Positions 1 to 7,619 are shown, counted from the stretch's first letter. The stretch: 11,709 nucleotides of DNA from an uncultured Bacilli bacterium (GCA_944329445.1 CALVIH010000029.1:1-11709), one strand, 5' to 3'. Numbers and translations are program-made. Notes: generated by a model from the sequence alone, not told the origin.

Positions 1-1718
1 CCACATGCTACTATCTCACCACCATGATCTCCCGCTCCTGGGCCAACATCAACCAAATAATCTGCTTGTAGCATCGTATCAGTATCATGCTCTACAACAA
101 CCAAAGTATTACCTAAATCTCGCATTTTTAATAATGAATCAATTAGTCTTTGGTTGTCCCTTTGATGAAGTCCGATAGATGGCTCATCAAGAACGTATAA
201 CACCCCTGTTAATTGAGAACCTATTTGGGTTGCCAACCTTATTCTTTGAGCTTCTCCTCCAGATAATGTTCCCGCGCTTCTTGATAATGTTAAATAACCA
301 AGTCCAACGTTATGCAAAAACTCCAACCTTGATTTTATTTCCTTGATTAATAATCTTGCTATTTCCTCTTTTTCTTTACTTAATTTTAATTTATCAAAAA
401 AATCATATAATTTATCAATGTTCATATCGGTTAAATCAATTATGTTTTTCTTGTTTATTAAAACCGATAAAACGCTTTCTTTTAATCTTTTACCATGACA
501 GGTCGGACAAGTAAGTTCTACCATGTACTTACCAAGCCAATCTCTTATAAACTCACTATTGGTTTCAAAATATCTTCTTTCCAAATTATTTAAAACACCC
601 TCATAAGGTTCAAAGCTATTCATTTCGTTTCCACTTCGGGTTGAAAATTTAAACTCAACCGGTTCTTTAGTACCATTAAGAACTATATCTAATTCTTTTT
701 TAGATAAATCCTTAATTTTTTTATTCATATCAATTCCATATTTTTCACAAACAATTTCTAACTTCTTAATGTATATATTCTGATCATCCATGCCAGCATA
801 AGGTTCGATGCCTCCCCTTGCAAGCGTTTTATCTTTATCAGGAATAATTAAAGTTTCACTCATTTTTTGTTTAAAACCAAGGCCCTTACAATCAGGACAC
901 GAACCATATGGTGCATTAAACGAAAACATTCTAGGTTCTAATTCCTCTAACGAAAAATCGCAATGAGGGCATGCAAAAGACTCACTCATAACAATTTCTT
1001 CTCTTCCAGGTATTTCTACAACTGCTTTTCCCTTAGATAACTTACAAGCAAGCTCTAGCGCCTCATATATTCTTCCTCTTGCTTCATCTTTTCTTTTTAT
1101 TCTATCAATTATAACTAATATATTGTGCTTTTTATTCTTTTCTAAATCTATATCCTCACTTAAGTCTTTTACTTCACCATCTATTTTTACCCTTACATAT
1201 CCATCTTTTCTTAAATTATCAAATAAGTCTTTAAACGTTCCTTTTTGTCCGTAAACAACTGGTGATGAAATAATTAGTTTTGTTCCATCTTCTTCGTTCA
1301 TTATTTGATTTGTCATCTCTTCAGTGGACTGACTTGATATTGGAATGTTATGATTAGGACAGTAAGGAACACCTATTCTTGCGTATAAAAGTCTTAAATA
1401 ATCGTATATTTCCGTTACCGTTCCAACCGTTGACCTTGGGTTATTGTTAGTTGTTTTTTGATCTATTGAAATAGATGGAGAAAGACCTTCAATTGAATCA
1501 ACGTCTGGTTTGGTTGTTCCACCTAAAAACTGCCTTGCATATGAAGATAAACTTTCTACGTACCTTCTTTGGCCTTCTGCGTATATCGTATCAAAAGCAA
1601 GGCTTGACTTTCCCGATCCTGATACACCAGTCATAACCGTTAATTTGTTTTTAGGAATTTCAATATCCACGTTTTTTAAATTATTTTCTCTAGCGCCTTT
1701 TACTATAATCTTATCCAT
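1..1718 (-). CDS. uvrA: Excinuclease ABC subunit UvrA, N-terminal ~572 codons. The 3' end of the gene runs off the window.
   Basis: Absent from the supplied ORF track because the frame stays open to the window edge. My reverse-complement translation from the ATG at 1718-1716 reads MDKIIVKGARENNLKNVDIEIPKNKLTVMTGVSGSGKSSLAFDTIYAEGQRRYVESLSSYARQFLG... It contains Walker A (GVSGSGKSS), Cys clusters (CPHC..CPDC, CPTCHGKR), the ABC signature LSGGEAQRIRLA and Walker B LYVLDEPSIGLH. It ends ...DVGPGAGDHGGEIVACG near base 3. I spot-checked the frame for stops over 1-122 and found none. An SD-like GAGTGG lies upstream of the ATG. Confidence 0.93.
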   Translation of the reverse strand, partial: MDKIIVKGARENNLKNVDIEIPKNKLTVMTGVSGSGKSSLAFDTIYAEGQRRYVESLSSYARQFLGGTTKPDVDSIEGLSPSISIDQKTTNNNPRSTVGTVTEIYDYLRLLYARIGVPYCPNHNIPISSQSTEEMTNQIMNEEDGTKLIISSPVVYGQKGTFKDLFDNLRKDGYVRVKIDGEVKDLSEDIDLEKNKKHNILVIIDRIKRKDEARGRIYEALELACKLSKGKAVVEIPGREEIVMSESFACPHCDFSLEELEPRMFSFNAPYGSCPDCKGLGFKQKMSETLIIPDKDKTLARGGIEPYAGMDDQNIYIKKLEIVCEKYGIDMNKKIKDLSKKELDIVLNGTKEPVEFKFSTRSGNEMNSFEPYEGVLNNLERRYFETNSEFIRDWLGKYMVELTCPTCHGKRLKESVLSVLINKKNIIDLTDMNIDKLYDFFDKLKLSKEKEEIARLLIKEIKSRLEFLHNVGLGYLTLSRSAGTLSGGEAQRIRLATQIGSQLTGVLYVLDEPSIGLHQRDNQRLIDSLLKMRDLGNTLVVVEHDTDTMLQADYLVDVGPGAGDHGGEIVAC

Positions 1719-1742
1719 ATAAACCACTCTTTCTGATTTAAT

Positions 1743-1751
1743 ATTCTATCA
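1743..1751 (-). promoter_or_regulatory. Possible extended -10 element (TGATAGAAT) for uvrA
   Basis: The minus strand reads ...aaaactaTGATAGAATattaaatcagaaagagtggtttatATG, which fits TGnTAnAAT about 25 nt upstream of the uvrA ATG. There is no good -35 at 17 nt (TATGGA). Chance matches are common in AT-rich DNA. Confidence 0.3.
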
Positions 1752-1820
1752 TAGTTTTAATAATTTCCATAACAAAAATAATTTTTTTCTTATAATTTTT
1801 TAAAAATTTACAGTAATTAA

Positions 1821-1847
1821 AAAAACTATTTAGTTAAAATAGTTTTT
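1821..1847 (-). terminator. Weak, AT-rich hairpin plus T-run just downstream of the 1850..2605 gene
   Basis: Inverted repeat aaaaactatt (1821-1830) / aatagttttt (1838-1847) with a 7-nt loop. On the minus strand a T-run follows it. The stem has only one G:C pair, so it may be leaky or non-functional. Confidence 0.3.
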
Positions 1848-1849
1848 TA

Positions 1850-2605
1850 TTATTTTTGAATGTCAAACGTAACTTCTACTTCTTCATAGTAATCATCAAA
1901 CTCTATGTTATAGCTACCATTTCCATCGTATACAAAATATAAATATTTAGTGTATTCTGCTTCAGGTCTTAAATCACCAGCACTGTCTACGTTATCAGAA
2001 AAATATGTATTTAAAACATCTACTTCAGTGCCTTTTGAACCATAAACATCATAATAAAACATATTTAATCCATTCGTTGTGGTCCCTACGTTCTTAATTG
2101 TAATTGGTAACTTTACAACCGTCTTATTATAATGATCAGAAAACTGATTATCAACAACATCAAACGAATAATTCTCTCCTAAAGTAATTTCAAGATCGTC
2201 AAATTCAAATGTCTCGCCTAAAGCATATTCTTCTTTTTCATCATCATCATAATCATTACTATAGTATGAATCATTTCTACTCTTATTATTATCAGTGCCA
2301 TTTATTATTTTGTTAGTAACTGAATAAATACTTCCAGCCATAAAAATAAATACAAAAACATATAATATTATTATAAGTGCACCTGATACTATACCTCCAA
2401 TGGCAAGGCCTTTTCCTTCATCATTCATCTTCTTTGACTTGCTTAATCCTACTATCGATAAAATTAAGCCTATTATACTAGTAAATCCACAAGTTATAAT
2501 ACCGCACAAAGAACATACCAATCCTGCTATTGCAAGTCCATTTTTTTTACCTTGATTTTGATCTTTCAAAGACTCATTAGTTACGCTTTTATTATCTTCT
2601 TGCAT
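1850..2605 (-). CDS. Membrane protein with an N-terminal pair of Gly/Ile-rich TM helices (DUF4190-like), an acidic linker and a C-terminal beta-rich extracellular domain (DUF4352-like)
   Basis: 251-aa ORF with a strong SD (AAAGGAG, 8 nt before the ATG). TM segments are GLAIAGLVCSLCGIITCGFTSIIGLILSIVGL and GLAIGGIVSGALIIILYVFVFIFMAG. The linker is NDSYYSNDYDDDEKEE. The C-terminal region has ALGETFEFDDLEITLGENYSF...LPITIKNVGTTT...YDVYGSKGTEV, which I recognise as typical of DUF4352. The family assignment is from memory, not from a search. Confidence 0.8.
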   Translation of the reverse strand: MQEDNKSVTNESLKDQNQGKKNGLAIAGLVCSLCGIITCGFTSIIGLILSIVGLSKSKKMNDEGKGLAIGGIVSGALIIILYVFVFIFMAGSIYSVTNKIINGTDNNKSRNDSYYSNDYDDDEKEEYALGETFEFDDLEITLGENYSFDVVDNQFSDHYNKTVVKLPITIKNVGTTTNGLNMFYYDVYGSKGTEVDVLNTYFSDNVDSAGDLRPEAEYTKYLYFVYDGNGSYNIEFDDYYEEVEVTFDIQK

Positions 2606-2635
2606 ACCATTACTCCTTTCTTATTTTACAGTTAA

Positions 2636-2664
2636 ATTATATTATATAAGTACTTAAAAATCAA
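2636..2664 (-). promoter_or_regulatory. Sigma-A-like promoter TTGATT-N17-TATAAT ahead of the DUF4190/DUF4352-like gene
   Basis: The minus strand reads agattaTTGATTtttaagtacttatataaTATAATttaac. The -35 is at 2659-2664 and the -10 at 2636-2641, with exactly 17 nt between them. It sits 35 nt after the uvrB stop and about 30 nt before the ATG at 2605. Confidence 0.4.
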
Positions 2665-2698
2665 TAATCTAATAACTATTTTAGTTTCAAGATGAGTT

Positions 2699-4651
2699 TT
2701 ATTTTACTTTCATTTCAAATATAATATCACGAAGTTCCATAGCGTGCTCAAAGTCTAATTCTTTAGCAGCTTTTTGCATTTCTTGCTCTAACTCTTTTAT
2801 TAACTTATCATTATGAATGTTATCACTTTTTCTATTTCTTTTAGAATTACTATTATCATCATTTACGCTTACAACTTCCATTATCTTTTTCTTTATGGTT
2901 TCTGGCACTATATGATGTTCTTCATTATATTTAATTTGTATAGCACGACGTCTTGCGGTTTCATCAATAGCCTCTTTCATTGCTTCGCTTATTATGTCGC
3001 CATACATTATTACTCTACCTTCAGCGTTTCTTGCACATCTACCAATCGTTTGAATAAGACTTCTGTGGCTTCTTAAAAATCCTTGCTTATCAGCATCTAA
3101 AATGGCAACCAAGCTAACCTCTGGTATATCAAGACCTTCTCTTAAAAGGTTTATACCAACTAAAACATCATACTTACCCGCTCTTAAATCATGAATTATT
3201 TGTAATCTTTCTAAAGTTTTTACTTCGCTATGAAGATAAGCTACTTTTATATTTAAATTTTTTAAATATGATGTTAATTCTTCTGCCATTCTAATGGTTA
3301 AGGTCGTAACTAAAGTTCTATCTCCTTTATCTATTTGCTTATTTATTTCTTCTATTAAATCATCTATTTGATTAGTTGATTTTCTTACCTCTATTAAAGG
3401 ATCTAAAAGTCCGGTTGGTCTAATTATTTGTTCTACAACGTGGTGATGCACTTTTTCTAGTTCCTCATCACCAGGTGTTGCAGAAACGTATATTACTTGA
3501 TTTATTTTTTCTTCAAACTCTTCATATCTTAAAGGCCTGTTATCAAGTGCCGATGGAAGTCTAAATCCGTAATCAACAAGCATTTGTTTTCTGTTTCTAT
3601 CGCCGTTATACATGGCTTTAACTTGAGGAAGTGTTACGTGTGATTCATCTACGACCATCAAAAAATCATCTGGAAAGAAGTCTAAAAGACAAGTTGGCGT
3701 TGCACCAGCGGGCTTTAATGCTAAGTGTCTAGAGTAGTTTTCAACCCCGGAACAAAAACCGGTTTCTTCTAGCATTTCTATATCATACTTACACCGCTGC
3801 TCCAGGCGTTCAGCCTCTAATAATTTACCATTATCGCGAAAATATTTTAACCTGTCTTCTAATTCAGCTTTAATATTTACGATTGCTTTTTTTAATTTTT
3901 CCTCACTGGTTACAAAGTGGGATGCTGGCATTATAGAAATAAATTTTTTATCATTAACAATAGCACCTGTTAAAACATCAAATTCTGATATTCTATCTAT
4001 TTCATCGCCAAATAATTCCACTCTAATACCATGACTTTTTTCATACGATGGAATAATTTCAATAACATCTCCCTTGGCTCTAAAAGTTCCTCTTACCAGA
4101 TCCATGTTGTTTCTTTCATACAACATATCTACTAACTTTGTAAGGATTTCATTTCTATTTATTTCCTCGCCAACTTTTAAAGTAAGCATATGATTTTCAT
4201 ATTCTTCTTTATCTCCTATACCATAAATGCAAGAAACTGATGCAACTACTATTACGTCTTTAGCATTTATTAAAGATGATGTTGCATAGTGTCTTAACTC
4301 ATCTATCTCATCGTTTATAGATGAATCTTTTTCTATATAAGTATCGCTTGATGGGACGTATGCTTCCGGCTGATAATAATCATAATAAGATACAAAATAG
4401 CAAACGCGATTGTTTGGAAAGATTTCCTTTAATTCTGAGTACAACTGACCTGCTAGTGTTTTGTTATGCGCTAAAACTAGCGTTGGCTTGTTAACTTCTT
4501 TAATTACGTTTGCAATTGTAAAGGTCTTACCAGTACCCGTAGCCCCTAGTAAAACCTGGTATTTCTTACCATCTTTTATTCCATCAGAAAGCTCTTTTAT
4601 CGCCTCTGGCTGATCACCTGATGGCTTAAATTTAGATACTAAATCAAACAT
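2699..4651 (-). CDS. uvrB: Excinuclease ABC subunit UvrB
   Basis: 650-aa ORF. It has Walker A GATGTGKT, the [10 protein letters not shown] beta-hairpin region, DExH-type VVDESH, helicase motif [11 protein letters not shown] and a C-terminal UVR motif ([25 protein letters not shown]). A perfect SD (TAAGGAGG) lies 5 nt before the ATG at 4651. Confidence 0.97.
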   Translation of the reverse strand: MFDLVSKFKPSGDQPEAIKELSDGIKDGKKYQVLLGATGTGKTFTIANVIKEVNKPTLVLAHNKTLAGQLYSELKEIFPNNRVCYFVSYYDYYQPEAYVPSSDTYIEKDSSINDEIDELRHYATSSLINAKDVIVVASVSCIYGIGDKEEYENHMLTLKVGEEINRNEILTKLVDMLYERNNMDLVRGTFRAKGDVIEIIPSYEKSHGIRVELFGDEIDRISEFDVLTGAIVNDKKFISIMPASHFVTSEEKLKKAIVNIKAELEDRLKYFRDNGKLLEAERLEQRCKYDIEMLEETGFCSGVENYSRHLALKPAGATPTCLLDFFPDDFLMVVDESHVTLPQVKAMYNGDRNRKQMLVDYGFRLPSALDNRPLRYEEFEEKINQVIYVSATPGDEELEKVHHHVVEQIIRPTGLLDPLIEVRKSTNQIDDLIEEINKQIDKGDRTLVTTLTIRMAEELTSYLKNLNIKVAYLHSEVKTLERLQIIHDLRAGKYDVLVGINLLREGLDIPEVSLVAILDADKQGFLRSHRSLIQTIGRCARNAEGRVIMYGDIISEAMKEAIDETARRRAIQIKYNEEHHIVPETIKKKIMEVVSVNDDNSNSKRNRKSDNIHNDKLIKELEQEMQKAAKELDFEHAMELRDIIFEMKVK

Positions 4652-4731
4652 TTTGTCCTCCTTACTATGATTACTATCAACCTTAAAAATTCGTATTTTA
4701 AAAATTTTGAGTTTTGGATGATACGTGTCTG

Positions 4732-4819
4732 AAACACTAAAATACGCATTTCGGCCACAAATTTAATAAATAACACTAATTAACACTAAATAAACCTTGT
4801 TAATCTATTCTAACACTTA
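4732..4819 (-). promoter_or_regulatory. Four copies of the 9-mer TAACACTAA (minus strand TTAGTGTTA), a candidate operator array at the uvrB promoter and leader
   Basis: Plus-strand copies are aAACACTAA at 4732-4740, TAACACTAA at 4771-4779, TAACACTAA at 4781-4789 and TAACACTtA at 4811-4819. Start-to-start spacings are 39, 10 and 30 bp. Copy 4 abuts or overlaps the predicted -10 and supplies its TG. Copies 2 and 3 are tandem, at about +11 to +29. Confidence 0.4.
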
Positions 4820-4835
4820 TTTTATAAGGAATCAA
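4807..4835 (-). promoter_or_regulatory. Sigma-A-like promoter for uvrB: TTGATT-N17-TAGAAT with a TG extension
   Basis: The minus strand reads ctttaTTGATTccttataaaataagTGtTAGAATagatta. The -35 is at 4830-4835 and the -10 at 4807-4812, with a 17-nt spacer and TG at -15/-14. It lies downstream of the terminator at 4872-4911 and predicts a 5' leader of about 150 nt. Confidence 0.45.
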
Positions 4836-4871
4836 TAAAGCTCTTATACTTAATTTTAACGATTTTACCTA

Positions 4872-4911
4872 AAAAGAGAAATGCTAAATTTTAGAAATGC
4901 ATTTCTCTTTT
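4872..4911 (-). terminator. Rho-independent terminator downstream of the 279-aa orphan gene
   Basis: Perfect 13-bp inverted repeat aaaagagaaatgc (4872-4884) / gcatttctctttt (4899-4911) with a 14-nt loop. On the minus strand the stem runs into ctcTTTTTagg. It starts 27 nt after the stop codon at 4938. Confidence 0.65.
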
Positions 4912-4937
4912 CTAAAACAATCATATTCTATTATGTT

Positions 4938-5777
4938 TTACTTTAAATTTTGATATTTTTCAAAAATTTTATCTTTTTCCTTTACTGGAACAAAAATTTC
5001 TTCATTAAATTTTACACCAATTAAATTTAAATATTTATACTCATCTTCATTTTCACAAAATATATTTAGAATCTTTTCGTGTGCAATAGAAAACAACTTG
5101 CAAAGTCCTTTACTATAAAATGTCATATCTTCTATGGAGTTAGGAAAACTCCAATCGAAGACGGAGTTTCTCCTAATGATTCTTTTTTTTAAATTTTCGT
5201 TAATTTTTAAAAAATATTGTATGCTAATTATACTTTTATCATCATAATTTTTTCTTTCATAAAGGATGTTTTTTTTATATTTGTTAATAAATTCATTCAC
5301 TTTGTATTCATAATATAACCTACTAAATATCGACCATATATAATCTAACCTATTATCATATATAATAAATGTTTTATATTCTTCATAAGTTAAGTTATCT
5401 AAATCTATTTTTAAATTATACTTATCATATTTAACATAAAGTTTGCTTTTATAATTTGAATCTTTTTGAAACCTTTTATATTCGCTATAATTAGTTAGTC
5501 CCTTTAAATATTTTTTATAAGTATTTTGATACTCATCATTGAACAGTAAAGCATTATCTTTATTATATTTAAAGAATTCACTTATTAATTTATATGAATA
5601 ATTTCTTTCAATGTAACTTTGAGAATAATTTAATTCAGATAAAATTTTTTTTATTTTTTGCGTATTATCAGAGTGTTGATCAGGTCTATATGTAAAAGAT
5701 ACTACATCACACTTATTTAAAAAATGGCCTATCACTTTCTTATACACTTCATCTTTAACGTTTTCTTTTACATACAT
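4938..5777 (-). CDS. Hypothetical cytoplasmic protein, 279 aa, with no family I can recognise
   Basis: An 840-nt open frame in DNA of about 17% GC, where stop codons should occur roughly once per 10 codons, so the frame is very unlikely to be open by chance. An SD (GAGGAAAG) lies 5-9 nt before the ATG at 5777. There is no signal peptide, TM helix or Walker motif. About 32 Tyr by hand count, and very rich in Lys, Asn and Glu. Confidence 0.7.
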   Translation of the reverse strand: MYVKENVKDEVYKKVIGHFLNKCDVVSFTYRPDQHSDNTQKIKKILSELNYSQSYIERNYSYKLISEFFKYNKDNALLFNDEYQNTYKKYLKGLTNYSEYKRFQKDSNYKSKLYVKYDKYNLKIDLDNLTYEEYKTFIIYDNRLDYIWSIFSRLYYEYKVNEFINKYKKNILYERKNYDDKSIISIQYFLKINENLKKRIIRRNSVFDWSFPNSIEDMTFYSKGLCKLFSIAHEKILNIFCENEDEYKYLNLIGVKFNEEIFVPVKEKDKIFEKYQNLK

Positions 5778-5922
5778 AATAACTTTCCTCTATCAATCTT
5801 ATACAAAATATTTTCATAAAATTGATGCCTTTCCATATATTACTTTTTTAACATATAAAATAACATAAAAAGAATATTATATATTATTTATGAACATTAT
5901 ATGAATTCCTAATAAATGAGCA

Positions 5923-6330
5923 TTATTTTTTATCTAAATCTATTTTTATCTCTTCTAATATATGGCCTATATTCCCTTCTCCCGCATATTTACTCATATC
6001 AAAGAAGTCATCACTAGTACTAACCCATTCTAATTTATTAACTTCTTCAACTAACTGAACATCCTTATTTAATATTCCATAATATACTTCTAACTCTTTA
6101 TTCCATTTAACATAAACAATGTCCATGAAGTGAGTTAAATCAATATCACTTTTATGAATATTAGCTTCTTCTTCCAACTCTCTATAAGCCTCATTTAAGC
6201 CATCATTAGGAGCCTCTATTTTACCACCAACTAAATTATACATACCTTTATATGGTTCTTTTGTTCTTTTACACATCAAAGTTTTACTCATGTCTTTATT
6301 AAAAACTACTATTACATTCATTTTTTTCAA
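5923..6330 (-). CDS. Nudix (MutT-family) hydrolase
   Basis: 135-aa ORF with the Nudix box region GKIEAPNDGLNEAYRELEEEANI, in which the REx2EE core is intact. KRTKEPYKGMYNLVGGKIE is typical of small Firmicute MutT-like proteins. The ORF starts at TTG (6330), with GGTGA 6 nt upstream. An alternative ATG at 6321 lacks a well-spaced SD. Confidence 0.85.
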   Translation of the reverse strand: MKKMNVIVVFNKDMSKTLMCKRTKEPYKGMYNLVGGKIEAPNDGLNEAYRELEEEANIHKSDIDLTHFMDIVYVKWNKELEVYYGILNKDVQLVEEVNKLEWVSTSDDFFDMSKYAGEGNIGHILEEIKIDLDKK

Positions 6331-6395
6331 GTTTAATCACCAATTTAATTATAACAAATTTTTAATTAAAAGAGAATTAAAGAAGAAAGTATTAA

Positions 6396-6421
6396 AAAAG
6401 AAGCATATGCACGCTTCTTTT
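6396..6421 (-). terminator. Rho-independent terminator ending the ftsEX-M23 transcription unit
   Basis: Inverted repeat aaaagaagc (6396-6404) / gcttctttt (6413-6421) with an 8-nt loop. On the minus strand the stem is followed by TTTTTTaat. The hairpin overlaps the M23 stop codon (6420-6422). Confidence 0.7.
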
Positions 6422-7619
6422 ACCTGTTATAATAACTCTTACCTAAAGCTGGGAAGTTTATTACGTTTCTTGGGTTAAACGTATGATTTTCTAAACTATC
6501 TCCCCTTGATGTTTTATAATAATAGTAATAATCTGCTTTATATTTTCCTGTTGCCATACCAAGGTGTAAGTGAGGTCCGGTTGATATACCAGTGTTACCA
6601 GATTTAGCTATCATGGTATCTTTGGTTACCACTTGGCCTTTTTTAACTAATTGTTTTGATAAATGGCAATAAATAGAGGAATAAGTTTGCCCATTTATAT
6701 TATGCCATACAACAAGTGAAATACCACAAACCTCTCCGGTATAGCCAACAATACCTGGAGCAACCGCATAAACAGGAGTGCCAATAGGCATTGCTATATC
6801 AATAGCAAAATGGTTATTAGCTGATCCAAATAAAGTTCTTTTACCAAACTCACTTGATATTCTACCTGAAGTAGTTGGTCTAAAAAAGGTTGTACCAGAA
6901 GGTAAATAGCTTCCTCCACTTCCATTACCATAAACCTTCGCTAAACAACCATCGATTGTATCGCTACTAGTACATTTTAATGATTTATAATATTCAAGTT
7001 CTTTTTTCATGGACTTAACTGATGCCTCGTCAGACTCTCCTTCTTTATTAAGTTCAGATTGTTTTTGATTCAATACCGTCATTTGTACTTCTTGTTCAGA
7101 TTTAAGGCTAACAAGTTCTTCCTTCTTTGATGCTAATTCTTTTTTTATCTCCTCGTTTTCCTTAATCATTTCATTCATTTCATCAACTGTTTTTTTATTG
7201 TATGACGAAATTTGTTCTGTTATTGATAATCTATAAACAAGATCAGTTATGCTTTCAGCTCCCATGATGTATTCAATCAAAGCAGAACCAGAAGAAGATT
7301 TTTGATAATATCTCATTAAATCTTTGGTCTGTTCATTTTTCTTTTGAATATCCTTTTCTAATTGTTCGCTTTCCTTGGTTTTTTGATCAATACTTTCTTC
7401 TGTTTTTTGAATACTAGATTGTATTTCAGATATTTTGTTTTGAGTTTCTTTTAAATTTTGGCTATTAATTGCTTTTTGAGTATTAGTATCATTTAATTTT
7501 TTTTGAGCGGCTTCTAATTCTTTTTCTAAGTCTCCAATTGTTTTGGCATCTACTATTGTTATTGGTATTGTAAATACAACTAATAATACTAATAAGTAAT
7601 TCAATATCTTTTTCATCAT
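6420..7619 (-). CDS. Secreted coiled-coil M23 (LytM-type) peptidoglycan metallopeptidase, an EnvC/PcsB-like partner of FtsEX
   Basis: 399 aa. Signal peptide MMKKILNYLLVLLVVFTIPITIVDA, then about 190 residues of heptad-like Glu/Lys/Gln-rich sequence. The C-terminal M23 domain has HxxxD (NHFAIDIA), YCHLS and HxH (GPHLHLG). Its start overlaps the ftsX stop (ATGA at 7616-7619). Confidence 0.9.
   Translation of the reverse strand: MMKKILNYLLVLLVVFTIPITIVDAKTIGDLEKELEAAQKKLNDTNTQKAINSQNLKETQNKISEIQSSIQKTEESIDQKTKESEQLEKDIQKKNEQTKDLMRYYQKSSSGSALIEYIMGAESITDLVYRLSITEQISSYNKKTVDEMNEMIKENEEIKKELASKKEELVSLKSEQEVQMTVLNQKQSELNKEGESDEASVKSMKKELEYYKSLKCTSSDTIDGCLAKVYGNGSGGSYLPSGTTFFRPTTSGRISSEFGKRTLFGSANNHFAIDIAMPIGTPVYAVAPGIVGYTGEVCGISLVVWHNINGQTYSSIYCHLSKQLVKKGQVVTKDTMIAKSGNTGISTGPHLHLGMATGKYKADYYYYYKTSRGDSLENHTFNPRNVINFPALGKSYYNR

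Noticed and set aside
1510-1722. Plus-strand 70-aa ORF from the track
   Set aside because: It lies entirely antisense to the strongly supported uvrA coding frame. It has no SD and a low-complexity translation, so it is an antisense artefact.
2813-3076. Plus-strand 87-aa ORF
   Set aside because: It is antisense within uvrB. The Ile/Phe/Tyr-rich translation is what the reverse strand of an AT-rich gene typically yields, and there is no translation signal.
4639-4749. 36-codon minus-strand uORF in the uvrB leader (ATG at 4749; [36 protein letters not shown]) that reads through the uvrB SD and start codon and ends at TAG in uvrB codons 4-5
   Set aside because: No convincing SD precedes its ATG (only gtggccgaa), and short ORFs like this arise easily. 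I cannot separate it from chance without conservation or ribosome-profiling data. It would be worth revisiting if the leader proves to be conserved.
4732-4819. Possibility that the TAACACTAA repeats are DnaA boxes
   Set aside because: The DnaA box consensus TTATCCACA / TGTGGATAA does not align acceptably with TTAGTGTTA in either orientation. No other oriC hallmarks are present, such as an AT-rich unwinding element flanked by dnaA or dnaN.
4877-4900. Direct repeat agaaatgc (4877-4884 and 4893-4900) inside the terminator hairpin
   Set aside because: It follows from the stem sequence plus a partly self-similar loop. The terminator structure already explains it.
4652-4937. Search for a Gram-positive LexA/Cheo box (CGAAC-N4-GTTCG) upstream of uvrB, and in 1719-1849 upstream of uvrA
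   Set aside because: I could not find GAAC or GTTC in the uvrB upstream region, and no such palindrome upstream of uvrA. No SOS box can be called.
5183-5652. Three A8/T8 homopolymer tracts inside the orphan gene (5183-5190, 5269-5276, 5645-5652) as possible phase-variation switches
   Set aside because: A similar T8 tract occurs in the neighbouring membrane protein gene (2541-2548). Such Lys-codon runs (AAA AAA) are expected at this base composition. There is no evidence of length heterogeneity in a single sequence.
6290-6478. Plus-strand 62-aa ORF spanning the Nudix start, the terminator and the M23 3' end
   Set aside because: It overlaps two well-supported minus-strand genes and a terminator hairpin. 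It has no SD and is probably spurious.
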